64,000 nt of DNA from an uncultured Caulobacteraceae bacterium. GTDB taxonomy: Bacteria > Pseudomonadota > Alphaproteobacteria > Caulobacterales > Caulobacteraceae. This document shows, piece by piece, positions 56,857 through 64,000 of this stretch. The stretch is from assembly GCA_964474575.1 (NCBI GenBank), contig CAYYTA010000104.1:1869-65868 (forward strand). The letters are read 5' to 3'. Position numbers and translations under genes: made by a program. Every line of letters begins with the position of its first letter. The first letter of the stretch is position 1. The notes under the pieces are model-generated. The model saw only the letters and a program-made list of their open reading frames with translations, had not been told where the DNA came from and searched no databases.

Positions 56857-57729
56857 ATGGAATCGCTGCTCTTCCCGCCGCCGAAACCGGTCACGCCAGG
56901 CCTCTATGTCGTCGCCACACCGATCGGCAACCTCCGCGACATCACCTTGCGCGCGCTTGATGTCCTGCGCGCCGCCGATGTCGTCCTGGCCGAGGATACA
57001 CGCGTCGCGGCCAAGCTGCTGTCGGCCTACGATATCAGGAAGCCGCTGCTGCGGTACGATGACCACGCCGGCCCGAAGGTCCTGCCCGAGATCGTCGAGC
57101 GCTTGCATGCCGGCCATGTCATCGTCCAGATTTCCGACGCCGGCACGCCGCTGATCTCCGATCCCGGCTTCCGCCTGGTCGAGATCGCCAGGGAAACCGG
57201 CGCCAATGTCCATCCGATCCCGGGCGCGTCCTCGGTCCTTGCCGCCCTGTGCCTGGCAGGACTGCCGACCGACCGCTTCACCTTCGCCGGCTTCCTGCCA
57301 CCCAAATCGGCGGCGCGGCGCGAGGCTGTGGGCGAATTTGTCAGCATAAGGACGACCTTGGTTTTCTTTGAAACCGGCCCGCGCCTGCACGAATCCCTGG
57401 CCGACATGCACGACATTCTCGGCGACCGCGAGGCCTGCGTCTGCCGCGAACTGACCAAGCTTTACGAAAGCAGTTATCGTGGCAGCCTGGGCGCGCTCGC
57501 CGCTGATCCACACCTCCTCGAACCCAAGGGCGAAATCGTCGTCGTCATCGCCCCGCCGCAGAGTGAAACTCCGTCCACGGACAATCTCGACGAGGCGTTG
57601 AAACTGGCGCTCCGGCACTATTCGCCGTCGGACGCGGCCAGGCAGCTTTCCAATATGTTCGGCGTGCCGCGCAAGGTCATCTACCAGCGGGCGCTGGAGC
57701 TGAAAGGCCACGGCCGTGGGCAGGGCTGA
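56857..57729 (+). CDS. rsmI: 16S rRNA (cytidine1402-2'-O)-methyltransferase RsmI
   Basis: LYVVATPIGNLRDITLRALDVLRAADVVLAEDTR and ...ISDAGTPLISDPG. Confidence 0.95.
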   Translation: MESLLFPPPKPVTPGLYVVATPIGNLRDITLRALDVLRAADVVLAEDTRVAAKLLSAYDIRKPLLRYDDHAGPKVLPEIVERLHAGHVIVQISDAGTPLISDPGFRLVEIARETGANVHPIPGASSVLAALCLAGLPTDRFTFAGFLPPKSAARREAVGEFVSIRTTLVFFETGPRLHESLADMHDILGDREACVCRELTKLYESSYRGSLGALAADPHLLEPKGEIVVVIAPPQSETPSTDNLDEALKLALRHYSPSDAARQLSNMFGVPRKVIYQRALELKGHGRGQG

Positions 57730-58093
57730 GACGGGCCGCCGGGCCCGCAAATCTGGCCGCGCGGCCGAATATGTCGCGCTCGTCCACCTGCTGCTCAAAG
57801 GCTACCGCATCCTCGGCTTCCGTCTCGACCTGCCTCAGGGCGAGATCGACATCCTGGCGCAGAAGGGCCGCCGCCTGGCCCTGGTCGAGGTCAAGTCGCG
57901 CCTGACGCTGGAGGAAGCGCGCGAGTCGGTCTCCGCCATCCAGCAGCACCGGCTGTGGCAGGCCGGGCTGGCGCTTCAGGCGCGGCGCAAAAGCTTGCAG
58001 GCGCTCGACCTCAATATCGACCTCTATACCCTCGCGCCGGGACGCTGGCCGGTACACGAAGTCAATGCCTTCGAGAAGAACGAACGGTTCTGA
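57716..58093 (+). CDS. yraN: YraN-family endonuclease-like protein (UPF0102)
   Basis: GRAAEYVALVHLLLKGYRILGFR....GEIDILA.....LALVEVK. The GTG start overlaps the rsmI end. Confidence 0.85.
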   Translation: MGRAETGRRARKSGRAAEYVALVHLLLKGYRILGFRLDLPQGEIDILAQKGRRLALVEVKSRLTLEEARESVSAIQQHRLWQAGLALQARRKSLQALDLNIDLYTLAPGRWPVHEVNAFEKNERF

Positions 58094-58237
58094 CCTTGCC
58101 ATCGCGCCGCCGCCGCCGCATATGGAGTTTGTTTTCGCGTTCAGACGCCACGTAGGCTTGCCTCGCAACGGCTCGGGCGCGCAGTCGCGCTTGCCAAATC
58201 TCCAGGCGGAGATTTGGAGATCGCCGGAGGAAGTCCC

Positions 58238-59188
58238 ATGCCCTTGCGCGTCGCCGTCCAGATGGACCCGATTGAGAAGATCAACATCGCCTCGGACACC
58301 ACCTTCCTGCTGATGCTGGCGGCCCAGGGGCGCGGCCATGACTTGTGGGTCTATGAACCGCGCCACCTCAGCCAGGAGGACGGCCGCATTTCCGCCCGCA
58401 GCCGCAAGGTAACGATCCGGCAAGTCAAGGGCGATCATGTCACCGCCGGCGATTATCAAAAGCTCGACCTTCACGACGACATCGACGTGGTGCTGATGCG
58501 TCAGGATCCACCCTTCGACATCGCCTACATCACCGCCACCTACATGCTGGAAATGATCCAGCCGAAGACTCTGGTGATCAACGATCCGAGGAGCGTGCGC
58601 GATTCGCCGGAAAAGCTGCTGGCGACGCATTTTCCGGGCCTGCAACCGCCGACCCTGATCAGCTCGGATTTCGCGGCGCTCGACGATTTCTTCGCGCGTC
58701 ATGGCGACTGTATTCTCAAGCCCCTTCACGGCGCGGCCGGCAACGGCATCATCAAGCTCAAGGCCGGCGATCGCAACCTCGATTCGCTGGTCGAGCTGTT
58801 CGGCAGCATCTCGCGCGAGCCGGTGATCCTGCAGAAGTTCATTCCGGCGGTCGCAAGGGGCGACAAGCGCATCATCCTGATTGACGGCGAGATCGCAGGC
58901 GGCGTCAACCGCGTGCCCGAGGAGGGCGCCGTGCGGTCGAACCTGCGCGTCGGCGGCCGGGCGGAGCGGCTGGAGCTTACAAATCGTGATCGCGAGATCT
59001 GCGCCACGATCGGGCCGGTGTTGAAAGAAAAAGGCCTGATGTTTGTAGGCATTGACGTCATCGGCGACTACCTCACCGAAATCAATGTCACGTCGCCGAC
59101 CGGCGCCGTGCAGCTGAAGGCCTTCGAAGGGATAGACGCCGGCGATATTTTGTGGGATCGCATAGAACGACGGACCAAGGCGGCTTGA
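58238..59188 (+). CDS. gshB: glutathione synthetase
   Basis: GGAGGA Shine-Dalgarno, start [30 protein letters not shown] and an ATP-grasp C-terminus ([31 protein letters not shown]). Confidence 0.95.
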   Translation: MPLRVAVQMDPIEKINIASDTTFLLMLAAQGRGHDLWVYEPRHLSQEDGRISARSRKVTIRQVKGDHVTAGDYQKLDLHDDIDVVLMRQDPPFDIAYITATYMLEMIQPKTLVINDPRSVRDSPEKLLATHFPGLQPPTLISSDFAALDDFFARHGDCILKPLHGAAGNGIIKLKAGDRNLDSLVELFGSISREPVILQKFIPAVARGDKRIILIDGEIAGGVNRVPEEGAVRSNLRVGGRAERLELTNRDREICATIGPVLKEKGLMFVGIDVIGDYLTEINVTSPTGAVQLKAFEGIDAGDILWDRIERRTKAA

Positions 59189-59373
59189 CGACGAAGCCAC
59201 TGGAACTCCAAAAATGATAGGTTTCAGGGCCTTGCAACAGTTTACGTAAGGTTAGATTGATAAATTGCGCCTTTGTTCGATTTTTGTTCTTGATTTGTGT
59301 TTTTGTTTGCTATAGCTTGTGGATAATTTTCAGGGTCTGCCACCAGACTTGGATTCCTGTTCAGGAGCTGCGC

Positions 59374-60972
59374 ATGCCCGCCAGGATTACCACCATAGCG
59401 TTTGAGGGCGCCGAGGCGCGTCGTGTCGAGGCCGAGGTCGTGCTGACCAAAGGCCAGGTTGCTTTTTCGGTTGTCGGGCTGGGCGACAAGGCGGTGGCCG
59501 AAAGCCGCGAACGTGTCAGGGGCGCCTTTGCCGGCATCGGCCTTTCACTGCCCAGCAAGCGCATCGTCGCCAACCTGTCGCCGGCCGACCTGCCCAAGGA
59601 AGGCAGCCACTTCGACCTGCCGATCGCGCTGGCGCTGATGGTGGTGATGGGCCTGATTCCTCAGGACGCGCTCGACGGTTATGTCTGCGTCGGCGAGCTG
59701 AGACTGGATGGCTCGATCGCCGCCATTTCGGGCGCCCTGCCGGCGGCAATCGCCGCCAACGGCTGGGGCATGGGCCTGATTTGTCCGCACGACAATGGCG
59801 CCGAGGCCGCCTGGGCTGGCGAGGTCGATGTCTTGAACCCACGTTCGCTGATCGCCCTGATCAACCACTTCAAGGGCGTCTGCGTACTGGAACGGCCGGT
59901 TGCCGGAGCCCTGGCGGCGACCGGTCATGTTTACGACCTCAATGAGGTCAAGGGCCAGGAAACGCCCAAGCGCGCTTTGGAAATCGCCGCCGCCGGCGGG
60001 CACAATCTGCTGTTCGTCGGGCCGCCAGGGTCGGGCAAGTCGATGCTGGCCCAGCGCCTGCCGGGCATATTGCCGCCCCTGACCTCGAAGGAGCTGCTCG
60101 AGACCTCGCAGGTGTGGTCGATGGCCGGGCTGATCGCCAAGGGCGAATTGACGCGTGAGCGGCCGTTCCGCGCGCCCCATCATTCGGCCAGCATGGCGGC
60201 CCTGACCGGCGGCGGCCTGCGCGCAAGGCCCGGCGAAGTGTCCCTGGCGCACAACGGCGTGCTGTTCCTCGACGAACTGCCGGAATTTTCACCGCAGGCG
60301 CTCGATTCGCTGCGCCAGCCTCTGGAAACCTCCGAAGTCATCGTGGCGCGCGCCAATCATCACATCCGCTATCCGGCGCGCGTGCAACTGGTCGCAGCGA
60401 TGAATCCGTGCCGCTGCGGCCACGGCGTATCGCAGGGCGGACCCGGCAAGGGGGCCTGTGGCAAGGCACCGCGCTGCCTGCGCGACTACCAGGGCCGGGT
60501 GTCGGGACCGCTGATGGACCGTATCGATCTGCAGATCGACGTACCGCCGGTGACCGCCGTCGATCTCGCCCTGCCTGCGCCCGCCGAAGGTTCGGCCGAG
60601 GTGGCCGCACGTGTCGCCGCCGCGCGCGACCTCCAAATTGAACGGGCGCAGGCGCTCGGTCTGCCGCCGGACAATGCGCTCAATGCCACGGCATATGGCA
60701 AGGGACTGGAAAAAATCTGCGCGCTCGATCCGGCGGCGACCGCGCTGCTCACCAAGGCGGCGCAACAGTCAGGCCTGAGCGCACGTGGCTGGACGCGGAC
60801 GCTTCGCCTGGCGCGGACCATCGCCGACCTGGAACAGTCGTTTCCTGTCCTGCGCCGCCATGTCGCCGAAGCGCTTGTCTATCGCCGAGCCGGACCGTCC
60901 GAAGACCCGCAGCCCGGCATGGCGCATTTCCATCAGACTCCGAAATTTCAGCAGGTCTTTGAGCAGCCTTAA
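59374..60972 (+). CDS. comM: YifB/ComM family Mg-chelatase-like AAA+ ATPase
   Basis: CAGGAG Shine-Dalgarno. Lon-protease-like N-terminal domain, Walker A GPPGSGKS, GVLFLDELPEF and C-terminal ...HVAEALVYR. Confidence 0.9.
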   Translation: MPARITTIAFEGAEARRVEAEVVLTKGQVAFSVVGLGDKAVAESRERVRGAFAGIGLSLPSKRIVANLSPADLPKEGSHFDLPIALALMVVMGLIPQDALDGYVCVGELRLDGSIAAISGALPAAIAANGWGMGLICPHDNGAEAAWAGEVDVLNPRSLIALINHFKGVCVLERPVAGALAATGHVYDLNEVKGQETPKRALEIAAAGGHNLLFVGPPGSGKSMLAQRLPGILPPLTSKELLETSQVWSMAGLIAKGELTRERPFRAPHHSASMAALTGGGLRARPGEVSLAHNGVLFLDELPEFSPQALDSLRQPLETSEVIVARANHHIRYPARVQLVAAMNPCRCGHGVSQGGPGKGACGKAPRCLRDYQGRVSGPLMDRIDLQIDVPPVTAVDLALPAPAEGSAEVAARVAAARDLQIERAQALGLPPDNALNATAYGKGLEKICALDPAATALLTKAAQQSGLSARGWTRTLRLARTIADLEQSFPVLRRHVAEALVYRRAGPSEDPQPGMAHFHQTPKFQQVFEQP

Positions 60973-60995
60973 CTTTTTTGGCCTAGACTGGCGGC

Positions 60996-62540
60996 ATGAA
61001 CACGACCGCGACCGGACAGAACCCGTCCAGCATCAGCGAACACACCCAGGCCACACCGCAAAGCCGGGAAGCCCGCCTCAAGGCGCGCGAGGACTTCTTC
61101 CGGCTGATGAGCCACGAAATCCGCACCCCGCTCAACGGTGTTGTCGGCATGCTTGACCTGCTGGCCAGGACCAGCCTGACGCCCGACCAGCAATCCTATC
61201 TCAATACGGCGCGCCAATCGGGCGAACATCTGCTGACGTTGGTCAACGACCTGCTCGACTATGCTCGCATCGACGCCGGCCGCATCGAGCTCGAGACCGG
61301 CGAGGTCCAGCTGGAACCCCTGTTGCAAAGTGTCGCCGAACTTCTGTCGCCGCGCGCCCATGCCGGCGGCATTGAGGTCGCGTGGAGCCTTGACCCCCGC
61401 CTCGATCACGTCGAGGCCGACGAAGGCCGTCTGCGTCAGATCCTGTTCAATCTCGCCGGCAACGCCATCAAGTTCACCACGACGGGCGGCGTGCTGATCC
61501 ATGTCGGCCTGACCGACACAGGTCTTGTCCGCTTTTCGGTGCGCGACACCGGCCCGGGCATTCCGCCCGAGGCGCGCGAGCGCATCTTCGAGGAATATGG
61601 CCAGGTCCATCCAACCCACGCCACGCGCTATGGCGGCGCCGGCTTGGGTCTTGTCGTCGTGAAGAAGCTGGTCCAGGCGATGAATGGCGACCTGGCGCTG
61701 GAAAGCGAACCCGGCAAGGGCTCGACCTTTGCCGTTGAATTCCGCGCCCCCCACGGCCTGCGCCATGCCCGGCCGCCGGCAGCCAATACCCCGGCCGTTA
61801 CCCTGGTCAGCCATAACCTCGTCCTTGCCGAGGCGGCCCACGGCCATCTGTCCGCCCGCAACCTGTCCCTGCGCACCGTCGATACGCTTGATGACCTGGG
61901 CGGCCGCGCCGGAGTCATCCTGGCCGATCGCGCCGCCACGGGCAAGCCGCGCAAGGCGCCATCATCCAGGAGCTTTATCCTGCTGGCGCCCGAGCAACGC
62001 GACGAGATCGAAGCCTGGCGCGAACAGGGCTGGGCCGGCTATTTCATCAAGCCCCTGCGCCGCGCCTCCCTGTTCGAGCGGCTTGACAGTCTGCGCGGCC
62101 GTGAGCCCGTCCAAACCACGCACGAGGACGAGCGCATCGTCGACGAATCCGCGCCCGACAAGGCCGTGCTGCTGGTCGAGGACAATCCGGTCAACGCCCT
62201 GCTGGCCCAGATCCTGCTCCAGCGCGAGGGTTGCCGCGTCGAGCGCGCCTCGTCGGGCGAGGAAGCCATCGACATCCTCAAGAAGCATCAGTTCGACCTG
62301 ATCTTCATGGACCTCGGCCTGCCGGGGTTGGACGGCCTCGGCACGACACGCGAGGTGCGGGCGCTTGGCGTCGCCACCCCGGTCATCGCCCTCACCGCCA
62401 ATGCCTATGAGGAAGACCGCCGCGCCTGCCTGAATGCCGGCATGAACGACTTCCTGACCAAGCCGATCGAGCTGGTGGCGCTGAAAGCCAGGTTGCAGAC
62501 CTGGACAGGCCCCGACCGGCCGGAGGCCAAATCGGCCTAG
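60996..62540 (+). CDS. cytoplasmic hybrid histidine kinase with no sensor or TM domain: DHp-CA, degenerate receiver, canonical receiver (ShkA-like architecture)
   Basis: H-box FFRLMSHEIRTPLNGV lies within the first ~45 aa. N/G boxes NLAGNAIKFT, DTGPGI and GGAGLGL. A middle REC-like segment has no obvious phospho-acceptor context. The C-terminal REC reads VLLVEDNPVN...DLIFMDLGLPGLDG...TKP. Confidence 0.85.
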   Translation: MNTTATGQNPSSISEHTQATPQSREARLKAREDFFRLMSHEIRTPLNGVVGMLDLLARTSLTPDQQSYLNTARQSGEHLLTLVNDLLDYARIDAGRIELETGEVQLEPLLQSVAELLSPRAHAGGIEVAWSLDPRLDHVEADEGRLRQILFNLAGNAIKFTTTGGVLIHVGLTDTGLVRFSVRDTGPGIPPEARERIFEEYGQVHPTHATRYGGAGLGLVVVKKLVQAMNGDLALESEPGKGSTFAVEFRAPHGLRHARPPAANTPAVTLVSHNLVLAEAAHGHLSARNLSLRTVDTLDDLGGRAGVILADRAATGKPRKAPSSRSFILLAPEQRDEIEAWREQGWAGYFIKPLRRASLFERLDSLRGREPVQTTHEDERIVDESAPDKAVLLVEDNPVNALLAQILLQREGCRVERASSGEEAIDILKKHQFDLIFMDLGLPGLDGLGTTREVRALGVATPVIALTANAYEEDRRACLNAGMNDFLTKPIELVALKARLQTWTGPDRPEAKSA

Positions 62541-62587
62541 ACGAAAGCGCCAAAGCCGCTTAGCGTTTCCGGAAAAGGGAGACGCTC

Positions 62588-64000
62588 ATGGCCGAAACCG
62601 GCGCGAAAACGGACAAGCCCAGGCTGACCACGCTTCAGGCCATAGCCGCCTATGCCAGGCCCAAGCCGCTGTTGCTGCTGGCGCTGGGCTTTACCACCGG
62701 CGTTCCCTTCCTGCTCATCGGCGAGACCCTGACAGCCTGGCTGCGTGTCGATGGCTTGTCGTTGTCCGTCATCGGTTTCTTCATCCTGGTCAGCTTTTCC
62801 TACACGCTGAAATTCATGTGGGCGCCACTGATCGACCGTCTGGATGTTCCGTTCCTGACGGCGAAGCTGGGCCATCGCCGCAGTTGGATGGCCGCGTTGC
62901 AGGTCTTAATTGTCATCTGCCTGCTGGCTGTGGCGATGACCGATCCAATCTCGGTTTTTTCGCTGATTTTTGGCAAAGGACCCCAAGCCGGCCTCTATCA
63001 ACTTGCGCTGTTCGCCACCCTGGCGGGATTCTTCGGCGCGTCACACGACATCATCCTTGATGCCTACCGTATCGAAATCGCCGACGACCAGAAGGAGCTG
63101 GTGGTGATGACCGCCGCCTACCAGTGGGGCTATCGCGTCGCCTTTATCGTGACAGGCATCGTACCGCTTATGCTGTCGACGCGTATAGGCTGGCCGCTGG
63201 CCTACGGCCTGACGGCGGCGACGATGGTGATCGGTTGGGTTGCGCTCGTCTTCGCCCCCAGGGGGCCTGCCCATGCGCCGCGTCCCATCCACTATGACGG
63301 CTTGGTGGTCCGGCCCTTCAGCGAATGCATCGAATGGCTTTGCCGCGCTTTGCTCATTGTCATCGCGGCCGTTATCATGGGATCGGGCCTTACGGGCAAC
63401 GCCGATCTGCTTAGCGGGATCGGAGGTCACATCGGAGTCGGCGCCGAGTCTCAGGCGGCCTTCAAGACCGCCTGGACGTCGAAGACCACCGGCCCATTTT
63501 TCCAGGTGCCGGCGGTATTGTTCGGTCTTGGCCTGATGCTGGCGTCCTGTCTGCCCCTGCCGTGGGCGACACGGCCGGGAGCCTATTTCAAAGGCGCATT
63601 CATCGCGCCGCTGGCCAATTTCTTCCAGCGTTATGCGCGTTGGGCCGCCTTCCTTTTTGTCCTGATCTGCGTTTACCGGGTCAGTGAATTCACGCTCTAC
63701 ATCGCCAATGCCTATTATATCGACCTCGGCTTCTCACTCGATGCCGTGGCGGAGATGCGCAAGGTCTTTGGCGCGGTCATGACCATGATTGGTTTTGTCA
63801 TCGCTGGCGGGCTGATGGTGAGACTTGGCGTGCGCCAGGCGCTGATCGTCGGTGTGGTGGTCGGTCCCTTGAGCCATGTCGGCTTCATGATTCTGGCCTG
63901 CACCGGCCATGACCTGCATGCCCTGGCCCTGGCGCTCGCGCTCGACAATATCGCCGCCGCCATCCAGGGGACGGTGCTGATCGCCTACATGTCGACCTTG
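62588..64000 (+). CDS. ampG: AmpG-family MFS permease (muropeptide transporter-like), 3' end beyond the window
   Basis: MAETGAKTDK...LLLALGFTTGVPFLLIGETLTAWLRVDGLSLSVIGFFILVSFSYTLKFMWAPLIDR is the AmpG signature. The frame is open to nt 64000, so the ORF is absent from the ORF track because it has no stop. Confidence 0.8.
   Translation, partial: MAETGAKTDKPRLTTLQAIAAYARPKPLLLLALGFTTGVPFLLIGETLTAWLRVDGLSLSVIGFFILVSFSYTLKFMWAPLIDRLDVPFLTAKLGHRRSWMAALQVLIVICLLAVAMTDPISVFSLIFGKGPQAGLYQLALFATLAGFFGASHDIILDAYRIEIADDQKELVVMTAAYQWGYRVAFIVTGIVPLMLSTRIGWPLAYGLTAATMVIGWVALVFAPRGPAHAPRPIHYDGLVVRPFSECIEWLCRALLIVIAAVIMGSGLTGNADLLSGIGGHIGVGAESQAAFKTAWTSKTTGPFFQVPAVLFGLGLMLASCLPLPWATRPGAYFKGAFIAPLANFFQRYARWAAFLFVLICVYRVSEFTLYIANAYYIDLGFSLDAVAEMRKVFGAVMTMIGFVIAGGLMVRLGVRQALIVGVVVGPLSHVGFMILACTGHDLHALALALALDNIAAAIQGTVLIAYMSTL

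Overview
High-GC (by eye about 62-66%) alphaproteobacterial chromosome segment. Gene content and order look Caulobacterales-like, but this is an inference and no search was run. Most of the window is core genome: alpha-2-macroglobulin plus pbpC, ffh-rpsP-rimM, glmS/glmM, hrcA-grpE, and rph, rdgB, hemW, rsmI, yraN, gshB, comM, a hybrid histidine kinase and ampG. Several accessory insertions interrupt it. (1) A visibly lower-GC islet (about 21.4-24.2 kb) encodes a TIR-FGE/SUMF1 fusion protein. It is divergent from an M48-like membrane protein that has lost its HExxH motif, plus a small helical ORF. This is my best candidate for an uncharacterised conflict or defence module. (2) A 1.5-kb cargo of three small secreted orphan proteins is flanked by about 385-bp direct repeats, namely the 3' end of a metallophosphoesterase gene and a diverged relic copy of it. 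(3) An alpha-glucan utilisation locus (GH15, GH97, tandem esterase, two LacI regulators) carries recognisable palindromic operators, an orphan terminator and a low-GC Cys-rich orphan ORF. (4) There is a solitary PemK/YifN-like toxin homologue. (5) An XRE-DUF2975 pair plus a MITE-like element sits between rph and rdgB. Two families of intergenic hairpin or mosaic repeats occur at eight or more sites. GlmM carries an in-frame, coding-looking XRE-HTH-like N-terminal extension. I saw no rRNA, tRNA, CRISPR array, transposase or integrase. All homology calls come from motif recognition by eye. Start codons are often uncertain, and GC statements are visual, not computed.
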